From assembly GCA_033791545.1 (NCBI GenBank), contig JASJGL010000159.1:18298-82297 (forward strand): DNA of 64,000 nt, in the 5' to 3' direction. The translations under genes were made by a program, and so were the position numbers. The notes beneath the pieces are model-generated. The model was not told the origin of the DNA, did not search any database, and worked only from the letters and a program-made list of their open reading frames with translations. Of the stretch, positions 53,661-62,788 are shown piece by piece (the stretch's first letter is position 1; each line of letters opens with the position of its first letter). Source of the DNA: Pseudodonghicola sp. (lineage in GTDB: Bacteria > Pseudomonadota > Alphaproteobacteria > Rhodobacterales > Rhodobacteraceae).

Positions 53661-56543
53661 TCAGTGCCCCTCGATTGTCTCGGACGCGTCGTCGCGCTCG
53701 GGGTTGATGTCCATCGGGTGCTCGCTCACGATCCCGGGTTGCCACGCATAGCGCGCCAGGCTTTGCAGCGCGAGCAGCACCGCCCCCAGCACCGCGAGGA
53801 ACACGCCAAGATCGAACAGCGCGGCGGTGGCCAGTTCGAATTTCTCCAGATACGGCAGATGCACATATCCGAACGCGCTGGTCAGGAAGGGTTTGCCGTT
53901 GAACCAGGCCCCCATGCCGGTGATCGCGGCCACCAGAACGCCGGTGCCGATGATGCCGTGATAGGGCAGGCGCTGGCGATCAGTGGCCCAGGAAAAGCCC
54001 GAGGCCATATACTGCATCACCACGGCGATCGCGGCGATCAGCCCGGCGATAAAACCGCCGCCGGGCATGTTGTGGCCCCGGAAAAAGATATAGGCCGCCA
54101 CCATCAGCGCGATCGGCATCATCACCCGGGTGGCCACCACCATCATCAGCGGGTGCGGATCGCCGGCCAGCGGATAGGAGGGTTTGCGGTTCAGCAACCG
54201 GGCGCGCACGCCACTGCCCAGCACCGCCTCGGTGATGGCAAAGATGATGATCGCGGCGATGCCCAGCACGATGATCTCGCCAAAGGTATCAAAGCCCCGG
54301 AAGTCGACCAGGATCACGTTGACCACATTGGTGCCGCCGCCGCCCTTGTAGGAATTGGCGACATGGTACTCCGAGATTGAGGGCATGGCGAAATCGCGGG
54401 TCATCAGCGCATAGATCAGCCCGCCGACGCCCAGTCCGGCGGTGATCGAGATCACCACATCGCGGGTCCGCCGCGCCGGGGTGCTTTCGCGCGGTGTTTG
54501 CTGCGGCATGAAGTTCAGCGCCAGCAACAACAGGATGATCGTCACCACCTCGACCGAGATCTGGGTCAGCGCCAGATCCGGGGCCGAGAGATAGTTGAAG
54601 GTCAGCGACACGATCAGCCCGCTGACCCCGATCAGCACCAGCGCCAGCAGCCGGTTGCGGTGGAAGGCCACGACGCAAAGCGCCGAGCCGACCAGACAGA
54701 CCCAGCCCAGAACCGGCATCACCGAGATCGGCAGCGACGTATGCGTCTGCGGCCCCAGCACGCCAGAGGCAAAAGCGTAATAGGATATGGCCAGTGTGAA
54801 CACGAGGAAGATCGCCGCATAGCGGGTCAGCGATCCGTCGTGCAGCGTGTCAGTGATGCGCCGCGTGGCGGCGGTGGTGGCGCGGATGATCGCGTCAAAG
54901 ATCACCTTGGCCTCGGGCCGGGGCAGGTTGTTCCAGATCCCGAGCGCGCCGTGATGTGCCGCCAGCAAAAGCGCCCCGCCCAGAACCGCCACGACAGACA
55001 GGTACAGCGCCGGGGTCAGCCCGTGCCAGAGCGCGGGGTGGAACTCGACCGGTGTGCCGGTCACAGCAAGGGCAGCTGCCGATACGATCGGGGTGGCGAT
55101 GACATTGGGAAACAGCCCGATCAGCACCACCAGCGCGACCAGAACCGCCGGCGGCAACCACAGGCCGGGGGTGGGGTCATGCGGCTTGGTGGGGTAATCA
55201 TGGCGGGTCTTGCCGAGAAAGACATGCACGATGTAGCGCAGCGAATAGGCGACCGAGAACAGGGCGCCGAACACCGCCAGCGCCGGTACCAGCCAAGGCA
55301 CACCGGCCCAGACCGCATGGGTGGCCTCTTCCAGCATCATCTCCTTGGACAGGAACCCGTTGAACGGCGGAATGCCCGCCATCGACAGCGCCGCGATGGT
55401 GGCCAGCGTGAAGGTCACTGGCATCAGGTGGCGCAGCCCTCCCAATTGCTTGATGTCGCGGGTATGCACCCCGTGATCGACGATGCCCGCGTTCATGAAC
55501 AGCGCCGCCTTGAAGGTGGCGTGGTTGATGATGTGGAACACCGCGCCGACAGCGGCCACCTTGGTTCCGAACCCCAGCAGCATGGTGATCAGCCCGAGAT
55601 GGCTGACCGTGGAAAACGCCAGCAGCGCCTTGAGGTCATCCTTGAACAGCGCGATCACCGCGCCCAGAATCATGGTGATCAGCCCGACCGAGCCGACGAT
55701 ATAGAACCACAGGTCGGTTCCCGACAGCACTGGCCACATCCGCGCCATCAGGAACAGCCCCGCCTTTACCATCGTGGCCGAATGCAGATAGGCCGAAACC
55801 GGGGTCGGGGCCGCCATGGCGTGCGGCAGCCAGAAATGGAACGGGAACTGTGCCGATTTGGTGAAACAGCCCAGCAGGATCAGGATCAGCGCCGGGGCAT
55901 AAAGCGGCGAGGCCTGAATCAGATCCCGGTGTTGCAGGATCTCGCTCAGGTCATAGCTGCCGACGATATTGCCCAGAATCAGCATCCCCGCGATCATGGC
56001 AAGCCCGCCAGAGGCGGTCACCGCCAGCGCCATGCGCGCGCCTTGCCGCCCCTCAGGCAGGTGTTTCCAATAGCCGATCAGCAAAAAGGACGAGAGCGAG
56101 GTCAGCTCCCAGAATACCAGCAAAAGCAGGATGTTGTCGGACAGAACGATGCCCACCATCGCGCCCTGAAACAGCAGCAGAAAGCAATAGAACTGGCCCA
56201 TCGGATCTTCGCGCGCGAGGTAGAAGCGCGCATAGGCGATGATCAACAGGCCGATCCCCAGAATTAGCCCGGCGAACAGCAGCCCGAGCCCGTCGAGCTG
56301 AAAGTTCGCATTGAGCCCAAGCGTCGGCAACCAGTCGAGCCGGGCCGAGACGGTTTCGCCGCGCAGGACCGCCGGGGCGTGCAGCAGAAGGCCGATCAGC
56401 GCCAGCAGCGTAACGGCAAAGGTCGAGCCGGCGGCGGCATTGCGACCGGCGCGGATCAGCAGGGCGGGGAACACCGCGCCAAGAAATGGCAGGGCCGCGA
56501 TCAGGAACAGGGACAACGGCAGATCTCCAGCAGGAACGGGCAA
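53661..56543 (-). CDS. mrpA: Fused monovalent cation/H+ antiporter subunits A and B (PhaAB-type)
   Basis: 960 aa. The NuoL/ND5-like N-terminal part is followed by MrpB-like helices. TTG start at 56543; an alternative TTG at 56516 has GGAG upstream. Confidence 0.88.
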   Translation of the reverse strand: MPVPAGDLPLSLFLIAALPFLGAVFPALLIRAGRNAAAGSTFAVTLLALIGLLLHAPAVLRGETVSARLDWLPTLGLNANFQLDGLGLLFAGLILGIGLLIIAYARFYLAREDPMGQFYCFLLLFQGAMVGIVLSDNILLLLVFWELTSLSSFLLIGYWKHLPEGRQGARMALAVTASGGLAMIAGMLILGNIVGSYDLSEILQHRDLIQASPLYAPALILILLGCFTKSAQFPFHFWLPHAMAAPTPVSAYLHSATMVKAGLFLMARMWPVLSGTDLWFYIVGSVGLITMILGAVIALFKDDLKALLAFSTVSHLGLITMLLGFGTKVAAVGAVFHIINHATFKAALFMNAGIVDHGVHTRDIKQLGGLRHLMPVTFTLATIAALSMAGIPPFNGFLSKEMMLEEATHAVWAGVPWLVPALAVFGALFSVAYSLRYIVHVFLGKTRHDYPTKPHDPTPGLWLPPAVLVALVVLIGLFPNVIATPIVSAAALAVTGTPVEFHPALWHGLTPALYLSVVAVLGGALLLAAHHGALGIWNNLPRPEAKVIFDAIIRATTAATRRITDTLHDGSLTRYAAIFLVFTLAISYYAFASGVLGPQTHTSLPISVMPVLGWVCLVGSALCVVAFHRNRLLALVLIGVSGLIVSLTFNYLSAPDLALTQISVEVVTIILLLLALNFMPQQTPRESTPARRTRDVVISITAGLGVGGLIYALMTRDFAMPSISEYHVANSYKGGGGTNVVNVILVDFRGFDTFGEIIVLGIAAIIIFAITEAVLGSGVRARLLNRKPSYPLAGDPHPLMMVVATRVMMPIALMVAAYIFFRGHNMPGGGFIAGLIAAIAVVMQYMASGFSWATDRQRLPYHGIIGTGVLVAAITGMGAWFNGKPFLTSAFGYVHLPYLEKFELATAALFDLGVFLAVLGAVLLALQSLARYAWQPGIVSEHPMDINPERDDASETIEGH

Positions 56544-56714
56544 ATTTGATTTGCACCTTGCCTACGGAAATTTACGCCGCTGTCCAACCCCGGCAAGGGG
56601 AGGTTGGTACAGTTTTAGCCGCAAAGCGTGGAATTTTTCGAGAATCCGGATCCCCTGCGACCAGCGGGGCGGCGACGGGCATTGCCCGCAGGTCTTTCGA
56701 GCGAAAGCGGAGGG

Positions 56715-56960
56715 CTACCCCCCCTTCAGGCGCATCATCAGCACGACTTCGCTGTCGGGCTTCACCGGTTCGGTCAGGCTGGAGGCGATCACGCGGCCAT
56801 CGACCACCACCGAAACCCCGGCATCGAGCGTCGGGACCAGCGCCGGGTAGTTCCGGCGCAGGGCGTCGAGGATCTCACCCACGGTGCCCCCCTCGACCGC
56901 GACGCTGTCGCGGCCCCCGACCAAAGGGCGGAGGCCGGACCAAAGCGCGACGTCAACCAT
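56715..56960 (-). CDS. MoaD/ThiS-like ubiquitin-fold sulfur-carrier protein (81 aa, C-terminal Gly-Gly)
   Basis: Internal ATG 56960 of track ORF 56715..57104, with an 8-nt overlap (ATGGTTGA) on the large-subunit stop. MVDVALWSGL...VVVDGRVIASSLTEPVKPDSEVVLMMRLKGG-stop. Strong GC3 bias. Confidence 0.7.
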   Translation of the reverse strand: MVDVALWSGLRPLVGGRDSVAVEGGTVGEILDALRRNYPALVPTLDAGVSVVVDGRVIASSLTEPVKPDSEVVLMMRLKGG

Positions 56961-59202
56961 CCGCCGCGCTCTCCAACGCCTCAAGCACGCGCGAGGGGCG
57001 CATCGGCAATTGCCGCATCCGGACGCCGACCGCGTTTGACACGGCGTTGGCAATCGCCGCCAAGGGCGGACAGATCGAGGTTTCGCCGACCCCGCGCACG
57101 CCAAATGGATGGCCCGGGTTCGGGACCTCGACGATCACCGTGTCGATCATCGGCAGGTCCGAGGCGACGGGAATGCGGTAATCAAGGAACCCGGCGTTCT
57201 GTAACCGCCCATCGGCGCCATAGATATATTCCTCGTTCAGCGCCCAGCCGATGCCCTGTGCGGCACCGCCCTGAAACTGCCCCTCGACATAGGTCGGGTG
57301 GATCGCCTTGCCGGCGTCCTGCACCACGGTATAGCGCACGACCGAGGTCTTGCCGGTCTCCGGATCAACCTCGGCATCGACGATATGGGCGGCAAAACTG
57401 ACGCCTGCCCCCTCTGGCGTGGCCTCGAAATGACCGCAGATCGGGCCGCCGGTGGCGCCCATGGTGGCGGTGATCTCGTCGATATGCAGCGGCTCGAAAT
57501 CGCCTGCATTGGGGCCAGAGGGCTTGGCATAGCCATCCTCCCAATAGACCGCATCCTCGGGAATGCCCCATTTTGCTGCCGCCCGCGCGCAAAGCTTTTG
57601 CACCGCGCTCTCGGCCGCCTTGATGGTGGCCAGCCCCGAGGCATAGGTCACCCGGCTGCCATGGCTGATCTCGTTATAGCCCAGCGTGGCGGTGTCGGCG
57701 ATGGTGACGCGGATATCCTCGTACGGGATGCCCAGTACCTCGGCCGCCATCAGCGCCATCGACGCGCGCGAGCCGCCGATATCCGGTGTGCCGACCGCCA
57801 CCTGCGCGCTGCCATCCTCGGAAAGGGCAAGCGAAACAGCGGTTTCGCCGCCGTGGTTGAACCAGAACCCGCAGGAAATGCCGCGACCCTGTCCCTTTTT
57901 CAGAGGGGCCGCGTAATGCGGATGCGCCTTGACTGCCTCCAGCGTCTCGACCAGCCCGATGCGGGGCCATGTCGGCCCGAAGCTGGCGCGCGTCCCCTCG
58001 CGCGAGGCATTCTTGAGCCGGGTGTCGATCGGGTCGAGCCCCAGTTGCCCGCACAACTCGTCGATCACCGATTCCACCGCAAAGGCCGCCATCGGCGAGC
58101 CGGGCGCGCGATAGGCCGCCTGTTTCGGACGGTTGGACATCACGTCATAGCCGACCTGATGCACATGTTTCAGATCATAGGGGGCAAAGGCGCACATCGC
58201 CGTCATCTCGCAGGGGGCACCGGGAAACGCGCCGCCCTGCAGGCGGAAGGTGCCCTGCGCGGCGGTGATGGTGCCATCCTTCTTCATCCCGATCTTGACG
58301 TCCATCGAGGTCGACGAGGTCGGGCCACTGGCGCGGAACACTTCCGAGCGGGTCATCACCAGCTTGACCGGGCGATTGGCCTTGCGCGACAGCGCCAGCG
58401 CCACGGGTTCGATGAACACGGTGGTCTTGCCGCCAAATCCGCCGCCGATCTCGGAGGCGGTCACGCGCAGCTGGCTGGTCTCAAGCCCAAGGCAGGCGGC
58501 GCAGACCTTTTGCACATACCAATGGCCTTGGGTGCAGCACCAAAGCTCGCCCTTGCCATCAGAACCCAGCGTGCCAAGACAGGCGTGCGGCTCGATATAG
58601 CCCTGGTGGGTAGCCTCGGTAAGAAAGTGATCCTCGACCACCAGATCGGCCTCGGCAAAGCCGGCCTCGACGTCGCCATGACCGCTTTCGTAATAGCGCA
58701 CCACGTTCGGATGCAGCCCTTCGGGAACCGAGGCATCGGCGGCGTCCGCGCGGATCACTGGCGCGCCCGCCTGCATGGCGGCATCCACATCCGTCACATG
58801 CGGCAGGATCTCGTACTCGACCTCGATCGCCTTGATCGCGTCGCGCGCGATCAGCGCCGAGGTGGCGGCGACGGCGGCGACGGCGTGACCGTCATAGAGC
58901 GCCTTTTCGCCCGCCATGACGTTTTCAAGGATATCGCCGAACTCGCCCTCAAGCCCGGTCGCGAAATCGGCGCGGGTGACCACCGCTTTGACCCCCTCCA
59001 TCGCGAGCGCCTTGGAGGTGTCGATCTTGACGATCCGGGCGTGGGCATGCGGGCTGCGCTTGATCGCAGCATGCAACATGCCGGGCGCATAGGCATCGGC
59101 GCCGAACTTTGCGCGCCCCGTCACCTTGTCGAGCCCGTCGGGCCGGTTCGGGCGGGTGCCGACGTATTTGAACCCAGTGGTTTTCGAGCTGTCCAGCGCC
59201 AT
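56953..59202 (-). CDS. Xanthine dehydrogenase / aldehyde oxidase family molybdopterin-binding large subunit; substrate unknown
   Basis: Motifs: KYVGTRPNRPDGLDKVTGRAKF, EIGGGFGGK, AYRAPGSP, and the active-site Glu context GVRGVGETSICP. ATG 59202 overlaps the upstream stop (TGATG); GTG 59205 is also possible. Confidence 0.9.
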   Translation of the reverse strand: MALDSSKTTGFKYVGTRPNRPDGLDKVTGRAKFGADAYAPGMLHAAIKRSPHAHARIVKIDTSKALAMEGVKAVVTRADFATGLEGEFGDILENVMAGEKALYDGHAVAAVAATSALIARDAIKAIEVEYEILPHVTDVDAAMQAGAPVIRADAADASVPEGLHPNVVRYYESGHGDVEAGFAEADLVVEDHFLTEATHQGYIEPHACLGTLGSDGKGELWCCTQGHWYVQKVCAACLGLETSQLRVTASEIGGGFGGKTTVFIEPVALALSRKANRPVKLVMTRSEVFRASGPTSSTSMDVKIGMKKDGTITAAQGTFRLQGGAFPGAPCEMTAMCAFAPYDLKHVHQVGYDVMSNRPKQAAYRAPGSPMAAFAVESVIDELCGQLGLDPIDTRLKNASREGTRASFGPTWPRIGLVETLEAVKAHPHYAAPLKKGQGRGISCGFWFNHGGETAVSLALSEDGSAQVAVGTPDIGGSRASMALMAAEVLGIPYEDIRVTIADTATLGYNEISHGSRVTYASGLATIKAAESAVQKLCARAAAKWGIPEDAVYWEDGYAKPSGPNAGDFEPLHIDEITATMGATGGPICGHFEATPEGAGVSFAAHIVDAEVDPETGKTSVVRYTVVQDAGKAIHPTYVEGQFQGGAAQGIGWALNEEYIYGADGRLQNAGFLDYRIPVASDLPMIDTVIVEVPNPGHPFGVRGVGETSICPPLAAIANAVSNAVGVRMRQLPMRPSRVLEALESAADG

Positions 59203-59681
59203 CACGAGGCCTCCCGCATTTCGGCGGCCGTGTCCATCACGGCGCGAATGATCTTGTCATACCCGGTGCAGCGGCACAGGTTGCCCGCCAGCCAATAGCG
59301 CACTTCGCTCTCACTCGGGTCCGGGTTCTTTTCCAGCAGTGCCTTGGTGGCGACCAGAATGCCCGGGGTGCAGATGCCACATTGCAGCGCGGCATATTCG
59401 ATGAATTTCTGTTGCAGCGGATGCAGGGTCTCGCCCTCGGCGATACCCTCGACGGTGCCGATCTCCTTGCCTTCGGCCTCGACCCCCAGAATCAGGCAGG
59501 AACAGACCAGCCGCCCATCAACGGTGACCGAACAGGCGCCGCAATCGCCGGTGCCGCAGCCTTCCTTGGCGCCGGTCAGGTGCAGCCGGTCGCGCAGCAC
59601 ATCCAGCAGCGTTTCGCGCGGATCGCACAGAAACTCGACCTCGTCGCCGTTCACCTTGGTGGTGACATGTGTCTTGCTCAT
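59202..59681 (-). CDS. (2Fe-2S)-binding small subunit of the molybdenum hydroxylase
   Basis: ORF 59202..60350 trimmed to ATG 59681 (MSKTHVTTKVNGDEVEF...). Cluster motifs CGTGDCGACSV and CGICTPG...CRCTGY. Confidence 0.92.
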   Translation of the reverse strand: MSKTHVTTKVNGDEVEFLCDPRETLLDVLRDRLHLTGAKEGCGTGDCGACSVTVDGRLVCSCLILGVEAEGKEIGTVEGIAEGETLHPLQQKFIEYAALQCGICTPGILVATKALLEKNPDPSESEVRYWLAGNLCRCTGYDKIIRAVMDTAAEMREAS

Positions 59682-60544
59682 GCCTTGGCTCCTTTCGCGC
59701 GGGAATAGGCGATTTTGGCAGCCCGCCGGGCCAGAACGCCGGCGGTATGGGTGCGGAACTTGATGGTGCCGCGCTTGTCGTCGATCGGGTTGCAACTGGC
59801 CTCGGCCAGATCCGACAGCGCGCTCAGCGCGTCCTCGTCCAGCGTCCGCCCCACCAGCGCATCGGCGGCGGCATGGACCACAACGGCGGTGGGGGCGACG
59901 GCGCCCAGCACCATGCGCGCCTCGGTGATTACATCGCCGTTGAGCCGCAGGTTGACGGCACAGCCGACCACGGCGATGTCCATCTCGGTGCGCGGGATAA
60001 AGCGCAGATAGGCATCTCCCCCCTGTGCCCCGCGTGGCGGCAGGGTCAGCGCTGTGATGATCTCGCCCTTGGCCAAGCTGGTCTTGCCGGGGCCGACGGG
60101 GATCTCGTCCACCGCGATCTCGCGGCTGCCCTCGGGGCCGGTCACTGTCACCACGGCCCCGGCGGCGATCATCGCAGGCACCGAGTCGGCGGCAGGAGAG
60201 CCGTTGCACAGATTGCCCACGGGCGTCGCGCGCCCCTGCACCTGGGTCGAGCCGATCAGGTCCATCGCCTCGACCACGCCGGGCCAGTCGCGCCCCAACT
60301 CGGGATGCTCGCTCATCTCGGCGCCGGTCACCGCGATGCCCAGCCGCCAACCGCCATCCTCTGTTCGGGTGATCTCATGGGTGCCGGGAATCGCCTTGAT
60401 GTCGATCAGCGTGTCGGGGGTGATGATGTCCGAGCGCATCTGGACCAGAACATCGGTGCCGCCGGCAAGGATACGGGTCACGCCCTCGGCCCCGGCGACG
60501 AGCGCGATGGCCTCCTCGAAGGTGGCGGGTTTGTAGTATTTCAT
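59678..60544 (-). CDS. FAD-binding (CoxM/XdhB-like) medium subunit of the molybdenum hydroxylase
   Basis: Trimmed to ATG 60544 (GAGGAA 5 nt upstream). MKYYKPATFEEAIALV...ILAGGTDVLVQMR...ATPVGNLCNGSPAAD. Confidence 0.88.
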   Translation of the reverse strand: MKYYKPATFEEAIALVAGAEGVTRILAGGTDVLVQMRSDIITPDTLIDIKAIPGTHEITRTEDGGWRLGIAVTGAEMSEHPELGRDWPGVVEAMDLIGSTQVQGRATPVGNLCNGSPAADSVPAMIAAGAVVTVTGPEGSREIAVDEIPVGPGKTSLAKGEIITALTLPPRGAQGGDAYLRFIPRTEMDIAVVGCAVNLRLNGDVITEARMVLGAVAPTAVVVHAAADALVGRTLDEDALSALSDLAEASCNPIDDKRGTIKFRTHTAGVLARRAAKIAYSRAKGAKA

Positions 60545-60688
60545 GGGCATTCCTCGCGGTTGGCTGGGGCCGGTCAGGGGGCGGCGGGGCCGCGCCGGAT
60601 CGGGCAACGATACAGACGGGCGCGCCGGGCGCTTCGCGGGCGACTTTATCGACTATGAAAGCGGACGCAAGCACTGCCCGGCCCCATT

Positions 60689-61384
60689 TCAGCCCGCCAG
60701 CGCCCGCGCGATCAACGCCGGAACGTCGCGGTGCAGCCCCATTGGCGGCAATAGCACTCCGGGAAAGGCGGCGCAGGCCAGCGCCTGCGGCACATCCTCG
60801 CGGTAATGCCCGCCCGCTGCGGCAAAGAACGGCAGACACAACGTGCGTTCCGGCAGCCCCTGTGCGGCGTCGGCCAGAAAAGGTGCCTCCTCGACAAAGC
60901 CGAACCCCGGCGCGGCCCCCGGCCAGAGCGCGGCCAGCGCGGCGCCGAAATCATGCGCCGCCGCCGCCGCGCGCGGCCCGCGCGCCGAGCCATGGGCGGC
61001 AATCAGTACAGACACCTGCGCCGCGTCCCACCCGCGCGCCGCGCATTCGGCCCCCAGATGCGCCGCCGCCAGCGCTGGCAGACCCGGATCACGGCCCATC
61101 GGCGGCAATACCCGCGCCGGATGCCCACCCAGCCGCGCCAGCAGCGTCTTGCGCACGAAAAACCCATCAGCCATGAAAACCGGATAGATTACCCCCTCGG
61201 GGGCCAACCGCTGCAGCGCCGCCTCCAGCGCGCCCGGTGCGGCCAGCGTCGCCGCGCCCACCGGCACTTGCGCCAGTACCTGTACCTTTGCCGCCAGCGC
61301 CGCCAGCGCCGCTTCGGCCGGGGCCGGGGCCGAGGGCTGGCCATGGGCCACGAGAACTGCGTTCAGCGGGGTGTCATCTGCCAT
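60689..61384 (-). CDS. CbiX/SirB-like two-domain chelatase-fold protein; function uncertain
   Basis: Two repeated AHG motifs (VLVAHGQPS and VLIAAHGSARGP) in an Ala-rich 231-aa protein. Confidence 0.55.
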   Translation of the reverse strand: MADDTPLNAVLVAHGQPSAPAPAEAALAALAAKVQVLAQVPVGAATLAAPGALEAALQRLAPEGVIYPVFMADGFFVRKTLLARLGGHPARVLPPMGRDPGLPALAAAHLGAECAARGWDAAQVSVLIAAHGSARGPRAAAAAHDFGAALAALWPGAAPGFGFVEEAPFLADAAQGLPERTLCLPFFAAAGGHYREDVPQALACAAFPGVLLPPMGLHRDVPALIARALAG

Positions 61385-61414
61385 GATCGGGATATTCGCT
61401 CGCCTGTCCTGACG

Positions 61415-61437
61415 CTATAGGTTTCACGAAACTATAG
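61415..61437. promoter_or_regulatory. AT-rich near-perfect palindrome CTATAG-G-TTTC-AC-GAAA-CTATAG (contains ATAG-N11-CTAT, an LTTR-like T-N11-A dyad)
   Basis: Read directly from the sequence. It lies 31 nt upstream of the CbiX-like start codon. Confidence 0.4.
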
Positions 61438-61480
61438 CCCGCGAACGCACGGGAGCCAGCGCCGTTCCCGGCACCGGCCC

Positions 61481-61506
61481 TTTTTCTGGCGGAAAATACT
61501 CCGGGG
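61481..61506 (-). repeat. Degenerate copy of the intergenic repeat family (TTTTTCTGGCGGAAAATACTCCGGGG) followed by GC hairpins
   Basis: It shares AAAATACTCCGGGG plus the GC-hairpin architecture with the reverse complement of the 48311..48368 copy. Confidence 0.5.
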
Positions 61507-61563
61507 AAGGCGCCGCAGGCGACGGGGGCAGCGCCCCGCTTCAGCCCGCTCACCCCGCCCAGA

Positions 61564-62412
61564 TCACTCCACACATTCCAGCAACATCGTGCCCGCGCCG
61601 GTGTTGGAGATCGGGATGTGGTAATTGGCGTGCCGCTGCACCACGGTGTCGCCCAACGCGCCGCGCATCATCATCCACATCAAGAACTCGGTGCCCTGCG
61701 CGCCGGCCTTCTCGACCAGTTCCCTGCGGCTGATCTTGGTCAGCGCCTCGGGATCGGTAACGATCTTTTCCATGCAGTACTGGTCAAATTCCTTGTTGAT
61801 GAAGCCTGCGCGTTCGCCGTCCAACTGATGGCTCAGCCCGCCGGTGCCCAGCACCACCACCTTGAGATCCTCGGGATAGCTTTCAATCGCGCGGCGCAGC
61901 GCCTTGCCGAAATCCAGCGCCCGTTTCAGCGTCGGGATCGGGTGTTGCACGGTATTGGCGCTGATCGGGATGGTGCGTGGCATGTCCGGGTTATCCGGCG
62001 CGCCGGGCCAGAACAGCTGCATCGGCACGACAAAGCCATGATCTACCGCCAGTTCCTGACACGAGGTGATGTCGAATTCCTGTTCCACCATGCGCTCGAT
62101 GATGTGCCAGCTCAGCTCCGGCGCGCCGGGGAAGGGGGGCAGTTGCGGAATGCCCCAGCCCTCGTCCTCGTTGCGGTACTCCTGCGCCGCGCCGATCGCA
62201 AAGGTCGGCATCTTGTCGAGGAAAAAGCCAAGCCCGTGATCGTTGTAGATGTTGATCGCGATGTCGGGCTTGTGTTCCTCCAGCCAGTCGCGGATCGGCG
62301 GATAGCCGTCAAAGAACGGCTTCCAATAGGGATCGTCGAACAGCCCGTTGTGGATCGCATTGCCGACCGCAGGGATATGCGAGGTGGTGAGCCCGCCCAA
62401 AATTCTGGCCAT
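61564..62412 (-). CDS. ligB: Protocatechuate 4,5-dioxygenase beta subunit (class III extradiol dioxygenase, LigB type)
   Basis: ORF 61564..62679 trimmed to ATG 62412. MARILGGLTTSHIPAVG...YNDHG...PTFAIG...VDHGFVVP...GTGGLSHQL...GFINKEFD closely parallels LigB as I remember it. Confidence 0.85.
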   Translation of the reverse strand: MARILGGLTTSHIPAVGNAIHNGLFDDPYWKPFFDGYPPIRDWLEEHKPDIAINIYNDHGLGFFLDKMPTFAIGAAQEYRNEDEGWGIPQLPPFPGAPELSWHIIERMVEQEFDITSCQELAVDHGFVVPMQLFWPGAPDNPDMPRTIPISANTVQHPIPTLKRALDFGKALRRAIESYPEDLKVVVLGTGGLSHQLDGERAGFINKEFDQYCMEKIVTDPEALTKISRRELVEKAGAQGTEFLMWMMMRGALGDTVVQRHANYHIPISNTGAGTMLLECVE

Positions 62413-62414
62413 GG

Positions 62415-62777
62415 TCAGTCTCCCGCTTTCCTGAGTTTTTCCTTGAATTCTTCCTTGGTCATGCCGGTCTGCTGCGCGCCGATGTCCTGCACGTCGAGTT
62501 GGAAGATGCCGGCGAATTTGGCGAGGTAATAGATGTTGCCACCGGCAGCGATCAGCGCCAGCACGTTCTTGTCGCGGCAGGCCTGTTTCTGTTCGTCGTT
62601 CAGGCCGAAAGTCTCCATGTATCCTTCGGGGTCGGCCAGATAGGCGGCGCGCGCCTCGGCGGCGTTGAAGGAATAGCACATCTTGTTCAGCGCATAGCCC
62701 TTCATTGCCATCTTGCCATCAAAGATCGTGGTGCCCGGGATCGGGCTGTGATGGTCGAACTCGGTGATATCCATCAT
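62415..62777 (-). CDS. ligA: Protocatechuate 4,5-dioxygenase alpha subunit (LigA type)
   Basis: Trimmed to ATG 62777 (GGAGGA upstream). IPGTTIFDGKMAMKGYALNKMCYSF...GGNIYYLAKF...TGMTKEEF. Confidence 0.8.
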   Translation of the reverse strand: MMDITEFDHHSPIPGTTIFDGKMAMKGYALNKMCYSFNAAEARAAYLADPEGYMETFGLNDEQKQACRDKNVLALIAAGGNIYYLAKFAGIFQLDVQDIGAQQTGMTKEEFKEKLRKAGD

Positions 62778-62788
62778 CTCTCCTCCGC

